A DNA stretch of 64,000 nt from a virus, in the IMG/VR virus record IMGVR_UViG_3300027709_000056, positions 32,001 to 96,000 of that record; one strand, given 5' to 3'. Below, piece after piece: positions 50,413 to 59,199 of the stretch. Numbering within the stretch: position 1 is the stretch's first letter; each line of letters opens with the position of its first letter. The position numbers and the translations under genes were made by a program. Under the pieces are notes generated by a model. The model had not been told where the DNA came from and made no database searches. It saw only the letters and a list, made by a program, of their open reading frames with translations.

Positions 50413-51218
50413 CAGACCTAAACGAAATGATTAATCTTATTGAGCGAAAAGTAATTAAGAATCTTGCCCCTAGTATGCCAAAGTATATTACTTCTGGAAA
50501 GATTTTACCACCAGATGGTCATAACGATATAGTTAATGGTTTTACTGTAAGTGGTACAGATACTGCGGATCACTTTGAGTATAATAGTACGGCATTCGGA
50601 GATGATTGGGAGTATCAAACAAAGCAAGTCAATTACACACTTAATAAACATTCTTATCGAACAAAAGAATTTGCAGATGTTGATTGGAAAGAATCAGTAG
50701 TTATATTTGGTTGTAGTAATGTATTTGGTGTCGGCGTTGATGATGCTGACACTATTAGTAATCAACTATCTATTATACTTAATCGTCCTGTAATAAATCT
50801 AGGTGTTGGCGGAAGTTCTATTGACTTTAACTTACATAATTCAGTAATTTTAAATGCTAATTACCCAACACCAAAAGCAGTAGTTCATATTTGGACAGGG
50901 TCTGATAGAACAGTATATTATCAACGTAAGAAATTAATTTTTCATGGTGGGTGGACTCTTGAACCTAACAACTATTTTGACCACTGGGCAAAACATAAAG
51001 AACACGGACAGATTCAAGCCTTGTTTGCTAGTTTAATTAGTAAACAATTATGGAAAGATACTGGTTATTACGAAGCAAGTTTCTTTACAGAAACTGCTGA
51101 TCTTTTAGACTGTGATGATTTAAGTGTAACAGATAAAGCAAGAGATAATTTGCATCCCGGTAAGAAAACTACAAAACTTACCGCAGAAAGAATAGCTAAG
51201 AATTTATGTATAAGTTAG
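50409..51218 (+). CDS. SGNH/GDSL hydrolase-fold protein
   Basis: IFGCSNVFG, NLGVGGSS, DNLHPG. Confidence 0.65.
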   Translation: MTDLNEMINLIERKVIKNLAPSMPKYITSGKILPPDGHNDIVNGFTVSGTDTADHFEYNSTAFGDDWEYQTKQVNYTLNKHSYRTKEFADVDWKESVVIFGCSNVFGVGVDDADTISNQLSIILNRPVINLGVGGSSIDFNLHNSVILNANYPTPKAVVHIWTGSDRTVYYQRKKLIFHGGWTLEPNNYFDHWAKHKEHGQIQALFASLISKQLWKDTGYYEASFFTETADLLDCDDLSVTDKARDNLHPGKKTTKLTAERIAKNLCIS

Positions 51219-52198
51219 ACGACATAAAATCAATCCACTTTGAAGTAACAAGTAAATGTCAAGCTCGTTGTCCTATGTGTCCACGACGTACTCGAGGGGG
51301 ACCTTTAAATATAACTCTTGATGAAATTACCTTTAATACATTTATTAAATGGTTCCCAATAGACTTTATTAAACAATTAGTTGATTTTAATATGTGTGGT
51401 AATTTAGGTGATCCAATTATAGCAGAAGACACTCTTGAAATTTTTAATTATTTGCGTGAGCATAATTCAACCATGACATTACAAATGCATACTAATGGCA
51501 GTGGTAGAAGTAAGGAATGGTGGCAGGCTCTTGCAGGTATTAATGTTAAAGTTATATTTGGTATTGATGGATTAAAAGATACACATTCTTTGTACAGAAT
51601 TAGCACAGATTGGCAAAGGATTATAGATAATGCACAAACGTTTATTAATGCAGGTGGAGATGCACGTTGGGATATGTTAGTCTTTAAACATAATGAACAC
51701 CAAGTTGATACTTGTGAACAGATGAGTAAAGATTTAGGGTTTAAAGGATTTAGTATTAAACATACTACAAGATTTAGAGATGGTAAATTAGATGTTATTG
51801 ATGATGACTATAATGTTACCCATACGCTTTATCCTACAAAGAAAAGCGAAGAAGCAATTGCAAAAGTCAAAACAGCTCAAAGCGAGTTATTACCAACTAT
51901 TACTTGTAAAGCAAAAAAAGATAGTCAGTTATACGTAAGTGCTAGGGGAAATGTTTCACCTTGTTGTTGGTTAGATTTAGAATGGGTACCAGAAGTATCA
52001 ATATCACGTATTGATTATATGTCCAAAATAAACCAATTTCCAAATTTGCATAATACAAGTTTACGTGAAATATTTGATAGTGGATTTTTTAGTGCTATTA
52101 GTGGATGTTGGTCGACAACAGGATTAAAAGAATGCTCAAAACAATGTGGTAGTTTTGATAAACTTAATGCACAATTTGAACAATTAGAGCATGAATAA
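51206..52198 (+). CDS. Radical SAM protein with C-terminal SPASM/twitch-like domain
   Basis: CQARCPMC, CGNLGDP, HTNGS, C-terminal YVSARGNVSPCCW...C...C. Confidence 0.9.
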   Translation: MYKLDDIKSIHFEVTSKCQARCPMCPRRTRGGPLNITLDEITFNTFIKWFPIDFIKQLVDFNMCGNLGDPIIAEDTLEIFNYLREHNSTMTLQMHTNGSGRSKEWWQALAGINVKVIFGIDGLKDTHSLYRISTDWQRIIDNAQTFINAGGDARWDMLVFKHNEHQVDTCEQMSKDLGFKGFSIKHTTRFRDGKLDVIDDDYNVTHTLYPTKKSEEAIAKVKTAQSELLPTITCKAKKDSQLYVSARGNVSPCCWLDLEWVPEVSISRIDYMSKINQFPNLHNTSLREIFDSGFFSAISGCWSTTGLKECSKQCGSFDKLNAQFEQLEHE

Positions 52199-52313
52199 TA
52201 CGTTATATACGTCTAAAAATACGCTGGTATACTTGCACACGTCTATAATACTTAACCACGCTTAAACGACGTTATACGCTGTTTAAGACGCCTTTTTAAA
52301 CGCACTTAATACC
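52199..52313. other. ACG-rich convergent intergenic element with an imperfect hairpin (possible bidirectional terminator, protein-binding array or small Arg-rich ORF remnant)
   Basis: All 10 CG dinucleotides in 115 nt occur as ACG on the + strand; inverted repeat CTTAAAC(52261-67)/GTTTAAG(52281-87). Confidence 0.45.
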
Positions 52314-52568
52314 CTATTTTACTACTGTTTGATATGTAAATTCTTCAGGACTTGATATGTCTATTGTCTTATCTTTATAGTAGAATCTTAAAGTATTTGG
52401 AGAGTTTTCAAAGTCAAGATACATATCACATAGACTGTTCATCCAGGCTGTATGTGTCTTACCGGTATGGACTACTTTACCATTTTCTATAACTTCGTAA
52501 TCAATAATTACTAGGTCATATTTGGTATCAAAATTCTTTGCCAAAGCATTTGTTATTTCTATTTCCAT
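52314..52568 (-). CDS. Hypothetical protein (84 aa)
   Basis: GGAG SD, overlap-coupled to the upstream ORF. Confidence 0.6.
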   Translation of the reverse strand: MEIEITNALAKNFDTKYDLVIIDYEVIENGKVVHTGKTHTAWMNSLCDMYLDFENSPNTLRFYYKDKTIDISSPEEFTYQTVVK

Positions 52569-53284
52569 TGTTTCTCCGCATACTGTTTTACAGTATCTGT
52601 GAAATCCAATTTTCCTAAATTATATTCAAGATAAAAAAGCATACTGTTTAAATCGTTTTTCATTCTATCCCTAAATCCTAATTCGGACGTATTCCATTTT
52701 TTAAAGTCTGCCCAAAAGTAGCCTTCTTCATCTTTAAGTCTTTTTGTTGGTGGTATGCCTACTTCTGGAAATCCGCAATTAGGAATACTGTCAACTACTG
52801 TTTTTAGATTCTTAAACAATATAACAGCCTGATCGATATATTCAATAAAGTATTTTTCATCTATATTACCTTCAAATATATCATATTGAAAATCTAAACC
52901 TACTTGGTGGCATGGTCTTTGAACAACACTAAAGAAAAAAGCATCATCAGTAATTTCATTTTCAATTGGAATTTCTGTTCTGAAGTCTTTGCTATTTTGA
53001 GATAGTTTATATAATTGTAAAAATGCTGGCCAATCGTGTTCTGTGAATTGCCATTGCTTTGTAAGTTTATAAACTGTTCCTGTCAGGTTTATATGAATTG
53101 CTGTAACATCTCTATGTATTGTTACACCTCTATGTCTGGAGAAGGCATTTTTATTATAGGTCCAAATATATTTGCCTTCGGTTTCATCTCTAGTACAGTT
53201 TGAATGGAATGCGTCAGCTTTTTCTTGATTCCATGTTGATAATAGCTTTTCTAAATATTCTTTAATTTCAGTATTCTCAAGCAT
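52559..53284 (-). CDS. Hypothetical protein, possibly a degenerate kinase-like fold
   Basis: 241 aa; GTVYKL and YFWADF weakly recall kinase VAIK and DFG positions; no HGD motif. Confidence 0.35.
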   Translation of the reverse strand: MLENTEIKEYLEKLLSTWNQEKADAFHSNCTRDETEGKYIWTYNKNAFSRHRGVTIHRDVTAIHINLTGTVYKLTKQWQFTEHDWPAFLQLYKLSQNSKDFRTEIPIENEITDDAFFFSVVQRPCHQVGLDFQYDIFEGNIDEKYFIEYIDQAVILFKNLKTVVDSIPNCGFPEVGIPPTKRLKDEEGYFWADFKKWNTSELGFRDRMKNDLNSMLFYLEYNLGKLDFTDTVKQYAEKQWK

Positions 53285-53289
53285 AGTAG

Positions 53290-53305
53290 TACTTATTATT
53301 AAATA
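53290..53305. promoter_or_regulatory. Back-to-back late-type promoters (TAAGTA on -, TAAATA on +), each 5 nt from an ATG
   Basis: 26-nt gap: minus strand TAAGTA-ctact-ATG(53284); plus strand TAAATA-cagta-ATG(53311); no SD in the gap. Confidence 0.55.
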
Positions 53306-53310
53306 CAGTA

Positions 53311-54414
53311 ATGCTCATCTATAATGAAATGATTGGTCAGTGGGTTAATCAAAACTCTAAACGATCTATTGATAAAACTGAAGGATATTATACCTATAGT
53401 AACGGTAACAAATATCTTGATACCCAAATGGGTAATAGCAGTTTTATATTTGGATATAATGATAAGCGAATACTAGATGCTATTTCAAATAGTAGTGTAG
53501 ATTTTTTACACTCATCAAAAACTAGTGATACGTTAAATTCAGTTACAAAGAAATTATTAGAACTATCTAAGATGAGTACTGTTCTTTGGAGCCACAGTGG
53601 TAGTGATGCTGTCGAGTCAGCAGTTGCATTAAATGATCGATATTGGGATATTGTAGATCCAACAAAAAAGAAAATTATTACAATTGAAAATAATTATCAC
53701 GGTGCAACATATCTTACTAAAGCTATGCGAGGTGAAGTTCCCTTAGATCGATTTATTATAACAAAAGACTTTGGAATACAAGCGGCAATTGATGAAACTG
53801 TTGGAGCAGTTATTGTTGAAAGTATACCTTGGCTACACGGAGTGAATCCACGAAGTAAGCAATGGTGGATAAATTTAAGAGATTTATGTACAAATAGAAA
53901 TATTAATTTAATAGTTGATGATGTCGCTGGAAGTTTTGGTAAATTAGGTTATGCATTTAGCACGGATAGATATAATATATCTGCTGACATAATTGCTACA
54001 AGCAAAGCTATAACGGCAGGGTATGTTCCATTTGGAGCCACGTTTGCAAATAAGAAAATTGTTGATGTATTAAAAGATAGTAACTGGGATCATAGTCATA
54101 CCTATAATCCTTCCGCTTATGCCATAGAAGCGTGTAATTGTGTTTTAGAAAGACTTGATGAATTTAACAATATACCACGACTAGAACAAAATCTATCTGA
54201 CATATTCTTTCATACAGGATTAGAATCTTGTAATATAGGATTAGTAGGAGAATTAAAATTACCTACAACTAAAAGTCCAGAGCAATATTGGAAAGCAGGA
54301 CTTGAACTTAATATATACGTTCCTGACAGATTTATAATAGTAATGCCTGTAATTGCTAACGAAGAATACTTTTTCCGTTTAGCAACTTCAATTAGGACTT
54401 TACTTTCGTTATAA
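53311..54414 (+). CDS. PLP-dependent aminotransferase, class III (BioA/ArgD-like)
   Basis: YLDTQMG, SGSDAVE, NYHGAT, LIVDDVAGSFGKLG, DIIATSKAITAGYVP (PLP lysine). Confidence 0.9.
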   Translation: MLIYNEMIGQWVNQNSKRSIDKTEGYYTYSNGNKYLDTQMGNSSFIFGYNDKRILDAISNSSVDFLHSSKTSDTLNSVTKKLLELSKMSTVLWSHSGSDAVESAVALNDRYWDIVDPTKKKIITIENNYHGATYLTKAMRGEVPLDRFIITKDFGIQAAIDETVGAVIVESIPWLHGVNPRSKQWWINLRDLCTNRNINLIVDDVAGSFGKLGYAFSTDRYNISADIIATSKAITAGYVPFGATFANKKIVDVLKDSNWDHSHTYNPSAYAIEACNCVLERLDEFNNIPRLEQNLSDIFFHTGLESCNIGLVGELKLPTTKSPEQYWKAGLELNIYVPDRFIIVMPVIANEEYFFRLATSIRTLLSL

Positions 54415-55294
54415 AAATATCTGCCGCACAAGTACACCAATTTCTATTACATATAACAGACTGTGTTGGATGTGCAAATGTTCCTTGATATATGTTTCCT
54501 AAACTACCACCTACTCTACAAGTAGCACGATGAACTTCTCCGTCCCAGTTTATCATAAGACTTTCTAAACCTATATTACATTTCCAATCAGTAAATTTAT
54601 TTCTATGCTGTTTAATAATATCATTAGCATGAACAATTTCTTCGTCATCAACCAAACAGTTAGCATCAGCAGTAGCATTAAGTTCTAATAACCAACCTAG
54701 ATCATCTTTTATATATTTGTTATCGTCAAATTTGTCATGATCTTCATCACCCCAGCGTATTCTTCGTACTGCATATTTTACGTTGTTAGTATCAAATAGC
54801 TCTACAGTTTTACGTACTGCATCCATATAATCATGATGGGCCATTACATTTACAAAGAAATTCTTCTTTCCTTGTTTTTTATATTCAAGTATTGTATCAA
54901 TGACTCTTTGATAATCTGCTTCAAAGTGTAGGCTAAACAATATGTGGTTCCAATATTCTTCATTTTCTAAATGCCAAGCGTGTGTTCTAGTTCCATTAGT
55001 CGTAAGACTTACCCATGATACGTTTTTAGCTTTTAAATAATGTAGAAGCTCTTCAAATTTAGGATGAACTGTTGGTTCCCCTCCTGTAAAAGTAATTCTT
55101 ACAGGTTTATCTGTTTCACAAATCTTATCTACAGTATCTTTTAGTATTTGTATGTCCGTGTGTTTGCTAAAATTATCGTGTATACTAGCTGGACAATAAG
55201 AGCAATCGTAATTACATCTTTTGCCAAGATTCCATTGTACGCTAAGACTATCTTGATGTCCCCATCTACTAGTAACCTTATACATACTCTGCAA
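54392..55294 (-). CDS. Radical SAM protein with C-terminal Cys-rich (SPASM-like) domain
   Basis: CNYDCSYC, FTGGEPT, TTNG, WKCNIG...ATC...CNRNWCTC; paralog of 47841 and 48794. Confidence 0.9.
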   Translation of the reverse strand: MQSMYKVTSRWGHQDSLSVQWNLGKRCNYDCSYCPASIHDNFSKHTDIQILKDTVDKICETDKPVRITFTGGEPTVHPKFEELLHYLKAKNVSWVSLTTNGTRTHAWHLENEEYWNHILFSLHFEADYQRVIDTILEYKKQGKKNFFVNVMAHHDYMDAVRKTVELFDTNNVKYAVRRIRWGDEDHDKFDDNKYIKDDLGWLLELNATADANCLVDDEEIVHANDIIKQHRNKFTDWKCNIGLESLMINWDGEVHRATCRVGGSLGNIYQGTFAHPTQSVICNRNWCTCAADIFITKVKS

Positions 55295-56990
55295 ACTCCG
55301 GAGTTATAACTTCAAATGGTCCTTGATTACGACTTTTATCTAAGTTATGATTAAATTTAATACAGTCTTGCCATAACTCGTCGTGTAGATTATCAGCTTT
55401 TAAGAAGTTAATATTATCCTGAATTTGTGTCAGTGTAAAATGTTTCATGCGTTCGTCATCTTTTACAAGTTTATAATTAACCACTTGAGATTTTAATGCT
55501 TCTAGTTTATCAATTACTTCTATTTTTAGTTTAGGTGGTATTACTTGTGCCGATAAAGCTCGTGGATACTGTACGTGATGACTGTAAAAAATAATCCCCA
55601 TCGTTTCTAAGAAGTATTCAATTACCTTATCAATTTGCATTATGTTATTTGCCTGTACAGTAAATGCTCCACCAATTCTTCTAACTGTAGGAATAGTTTT
55701 CATAATTTTAACGTTTTCTTCAACATCACTAAACTTACCATTACCTCTAATGTAATCATATACATCATGCAATCCGTCAATTGAAACATTAACTGCAACA
55801 CTTTTAAATTTAGGCCAATAGTCATGTATACTACGACCACCTTTAATTCCTAATACAGTTCCATTTGTAGCATACTTAATTTCCATATTTTTTCCGTATG
55901 GTGCTAACAGATCTAAAATTTTATAATGTTGTGGATCCATTAACGGTTCGCCACCAGCAAATTCTACTCGTCTAAAGAATGGTAGTAATTTTTTAAAACT
56001 TGACCACCAATTCTCTGAATCGTCAAACACATCGATATATTGTCCGGGTGTTTTAACTAGTCCCTCAACTGCTGGAATAAGAAAGTTGTTTTCTTTTTTA
56101 TAAAACTCTGTAACTTGATCCCAGTCTTTCCATTGTGTACTATCTAATGGGTTACACATACGACATCTAAGATTACATAAATTGTTTAGTTTGATTTCCA
56201 TAGTAGGAAATTCAAACGGCATTGAATAATCGTCTTCTAGTGTGTCTAATGCATCAGGGTATAAGTTGATCCTTGCTTCAGGTATTACTCCTGCTATATG
56301 ACGCTGTCGTAAGCTCTGTACACCCTGATCTTCTTTTCTAAAGCAAGGCTCACATACATCAGGACGTTCATTATTCAATACTTGTCGGCGAACTTCTTTC
56401 ATTTTATCGCCATTCCATACTTCTTCTAAAGTTTCATCTTTAATATTACCAATAGGAAGACTTCTGCAACATACTTTAATTGCACCATCTTCTCTTGTTG
56501 CTAATCCTGTAAAAGGGTGCATACAAAATGTTTTACTTTGCATACAAAATCTTTTACTTACATCTATAAAAATTTCTCTTAGATAATCTAATGCTCCAAT
56601 AGTTTCATTATATCTTAAACCAAGATCTATACATAATATTTTAACGTTAGGACTAACAATAGCACTATGAACAACACTAGTATCTAAAATAAAAGGAAAA
56701 TTTATAACGTATTCTTTATCTTTTACAGTAAGTTTAAATTCTTCTTTAGTAAGAGGAACAATTAAACAGCTATCACGACCGTCATCAGTGTGTTCTGGAA
56801 CGTTATTATCTGTAAATTCTGTTACTATTGTTGAGGATAGATCTATATTACTTTTAAATAATGCAGGTTCTACTTTATATTCTTTTACTATTCCGTCAGC
56901 ATATTCAAAAATAGGGTCATTCTTAAATGATGCTAAGATTACTTCTAATGCATTATCTGTTATTGTAACATTATTAAAGGGCTGAAGCAT
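55278..56990 (-). CDS. Fusion of an N-terminal cupin/2OG-Fe(II)-like domain with a twitch-type radical SAM
   Basis: N-terminal PEHTDD...SCLIVPL...PFILDTSVVHS (HxD...H); then FCMHPF..CC...C..C; CNLRCRMC; FAGGEP. Confidence 0.8.
   Translation of the reverse strand: MLQPFNNVTITDNALEVILASFKNDPIFEYADGIVKEYKVEPALFKSNIDLSSTIVTEFTDNNVPEHTDDGRDSCLIVPLTKEEFKLTVKDKEYVINFPFILDTSVVHSAIVSPNVKILCIDLGLRYNETIGALDYLREIFIDVSKRFCMQSKTFCMHPFTGLATREDGAIKVCCRSLPIGNIKDETLEEVWNGDKMKEVRRQVLNNERPDVCEPCFRKEDQGVQSLRQRHIAGVIPEARINLYPDALDTLEDDYSMPFEFPTMEIKLNNLCNLRCRMCNPLDSTQWKDWDQVTEFYKKENNFLIPAVEGLVKTPGQYIDVFDDSENWWSSFKKLLPFFRRVEFAGGEPLMDPQHYKILDLLAPYGKNMEIKYATNGTVLGIKGGRSIHDYWPKFKSVAVNVSIDGLHDVYDYIRGNGKFSDVEENVKIMKTIPTVRRIGGAFTVQANNIMQIDKVIEYFLETMGIIFYSHHVQYPRALSAQVIPPKLKIEVIDKLEALKSQVVNYKLVKDDERMKHFTLTQIQDNINFLKADNLHDELWQDCIKFNHNLDKSRNQGPFEVITPEFAEYV
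56518..56559 (+). repeat. 21-nt tandem direct repeat (2 copies, 20/21 identical) at the domain junction
   Basis: tgcatacaaaatgttttactt / tgcatacaaaatcttttactt, encoding SKRFCMQ-SKTFCMH on the minus strand. Confidence 0.85.
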
Positions 56991-57741
56991 TTTTCATTCC
57001 CCATTCTCGTTCTTGACACCAAAAACACTTGCCACAAGTAGGAACGTACTGTCCTTTTTTGTAATTTTTATAATCTAGGTCACCGAATATATCTGGGTAA
57101 TCAGTAGCATCACCCTCGCAACTTCTTGTTATATTAAGTAAGTCAGTAAGGTAATTTTTTTTAAATTGTTTAATAACCCAATCTTTTTTAGTTGCTATTA
57201 ATGGGTGACAAATTTTTGTCCCCATATGATCTTTTATAGCTTCAAGTGTAGGTTCTTTTCTATCAGCTAATGCCCCTTCAAGTTCTACATCTGGATTTTG
57301 ATTAACACCGGCAAACCAAGCATCTAGTTTATATTTGTGTACCAAATATTCGTTAAATGCACGTAAAATAATTTGATTACCAGATTTCATTTTCCCATCA
57401 ATCTCAATCGTTGGTCCTTTGCTACCCCATTCTAGTTCAGGTGGTATAAAATTTAAATGTCTTCGAAATTCAATCTTAGGGAAGCGTACGACAAACCAAT
57501 TAAACACTTCTTCAGCAATATGCTCTTGCCAAGGTCTTGTTTGCCAACAACGTATCTGTGTACTAATGTGTACTTTACAATTATCGTGTAAATTAGTACA
57601 AATTAAGTAGGCCATTAAGGCACTATCTGCACCGCCACTAAGACTGATTCCAATGTTTCGCCATTCAGTATTAATTGGAAAATACACGTTATCTATATGT
57701 ACGCCTGGTGTATCCGAGGTCTTATAAATATCATTATGCAT
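56974..57741 (-). CDS. QueC-like PP-loop ATP pyrophosphatase
   Basis: SLSGGADS, HPL, TRSC, CGKCFWCQER (QueC-type Zn motif). Confidence 0.75.
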   Translation of the reverse strand: MHNDIYKTSDTPGVHIDNVYFPINTEWRNIGISLSGGADSALMAYLICTNLHDNCKVHISTQIRCWQTRPWQEHIAEEVFNWFVVRFPKIEFRRHLNFIPPELEWGSKGPTIEIDGKMKSGNQIILRAFNEYLVHKYKLDAWFAGVNQNPDVELEGALADRKEPTLEAIKDHMGTKICHPLIATKKDWVIKQFKKNYLTDLLNITRSCEGDATDYPDIFGDLDYKNYKKGQYVPTCGKCFWCQEREWGMKNASAL

Positions 57742-57755
57742 AATAACAGTATTTA
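57723..57755. promoter_or_regulatory. Face-to-face late-type promoters: TATAAATA (+, 57723-57730) and TAAATA (-, 57750-57755)
   Basis: Exact T4 consensus on + inside the 5' end of the QueC-like gene, pointing to 57784; on the minus strand TAAATA-ctgttatt-ATG(57741). Confidence 0.5.
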
Positions 57756-57783
57756 TTGATGCCTAACTTGGTAAGATTTTAAT

Positions 57784-59199
57784 ATGACAAACCACAATTT
57801 CTGGAAAAATCACAATAACAAACAACTATCAGAATGGCAAAAGGACATTGAAGATAAATCAAATAGTCCTACTTTCTGTGTGTTACCTTGGATACACATG
57901 GCAACTAGACCAAATGGTGATATGCGATTGTGTTGTGGAGCGAATGCCAGCGGAGCAGGAGTAGACCCAACCATTGGTATAGTTAAAGATTCTACAGGAC
58001 AACACGCTAATTTTGGAAATCAAACACCAATGGAAGCGTGGAATAGTCAATATATGAAAGATGTAAGGAAAAATATGTTGGCTGGTAAAATATCTGCGAG
58101 TTGTCAAAAGTGTTTTCAAGAGGAAGCTAGAGGGATATCAAGCAAGAGAATATGGGAACATAATTACTGGCAAGACGAAAATATTAATATACAGGATTTA
58201 ATTAATGAGACTTTAGAAGACGGAACCGCTCCTGAAAGAATACATTATCTAGACCTAAGGCTAGGACATACTTGTAATTTAAAATGTATAATGTGTAGTC
58301 CGCATGATTCGAGTCAATGGGTTGGAGATTATTATAAGTTAAAAAAACTTACTACAGATAAAAATATACAAAGCCAATTACATTGGGTAAGAAAAGAGTT
58401 CAATAATCAATGGCATGAGAATCCTGAGTTTTGGGAAGAAATGTATAAGCAAATTCCTAACATTAAGCAAGTTTATTTTGCAGGGGGTGAGCCATTAATG
58501 ATTAGAGAACATAAAGAATTTATTAAGGAAATTATTAAGCAGGGTTACGAAAAGAATATTGTGTTGCGATATAATACAAATGGATTATTAATAGATGAAG
58601 AATTTATAAAATTATGGAGTCCCTTTAAAAGAGTACAAGTAGGTTTCAGTTTAGATGGAAACTTTCAAAGAAATCATTTCATTCGTTATCCTAGCGACTG
58701 GGAAATTGTTGATAATAATTTAGATTTACTTGATAATACGTCTGATAATATAGATGTAACTATTGCTACTTGTCTTAGCATTTTAAATATTAAACATCTT
58801 CCTGATTTTGTAAAGTGGAAAATTAATAAAAAATATAAAAAGATTAATACTAGAAAGAACAAGGAAGGATTAATTATAGGTGGAGGACTTGTTAATATCC
58901 ATTTAGTGTATATGCCTACATTCCTTGATATGAGAATATTACCTAAGGAACACAAAGAAGATGTAACAAAACGCTTTGAAGAACTTAAAACTTGGTTATG
59001 GGAAAACTATACACAAGATGATGCTTTTTGGAAATTAAATCCTTATGGTTGGAGAAGATACGAAGGTGTATTAGATTTTATGAATAGTGAAGATAAAACT
59101 GCGATGCTTCCTAGCTTTAAAGATTATATTAATAAGATGGATATAATTAGAGAAACTAATTTTAAAGAAGTTTTTCCTGAACTTGCTGATTTAGTCTAG
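57784..59199 (+). CDS. Radical SAM protein with N-terminal twitch/SPASM-like domain
   Basis: FCVLPWIH...GDMRLCC...CQKC; CNLKCIMC; FAGGEP; NTNG. Confidence 0.9.
   Translation: MTNHNFWKNHNNKQLSEWQKDIEDKSNSPTFCVLPWIHMATRPNGDMRLCCGANASGAGVDPTIGIVKDSTGQHANFGNQTPMEAWNSQYMKDVRKNMLAGKISASCQKCFQEEARGISSKRIWEHNYWQDENINIQDLINETLEDGTAPERIHYLDLRLGHTCNLKCIMCSPHDSSQWVGDYYKLKKLTTDKNIQSQLHWVRKEFNNQWHENPEFWEEMYKQIPNIKQVYFAGGEPLMIREHKEFIKEIIKQGYEKNIVLRYNTNGLLIDEEFIKLWSPFKRVQVGFSLDGNFQRNHFIRYPSDWEIVDNNLDLLDNTSDNIDVTIATCLSILNIKHLPDFVKWKINKKYKKINTRKNKEGLIIGGGLVNIHLVYMPTFLDMRILPKEHKEDVTKRFEELKTWLWENYTQDDAFWKLNPYGWRRYEGVLDFMNSEDKTAMLPSFKDYINKMDIIRETNFKEVFPELADLV

Noticed and set aside
52191-52265. Plus-strand 24-aa ORF MNNTLYTSKNTLVYLHTSIILNHA
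   Set aside because: It relies on four ACG codons that look rare in the neighbouring genes, has no SD and shows no recognisable motif; kept only as part of the ACG-array finding.
52314-52568. Small ORFs as RiPP precursors for the SPASM enzymes
   Set aside because: No leader/core pattern, no Cys- or Trp-rich core and no PqqD/RRE domain recognised; not excluded, but unsupported.
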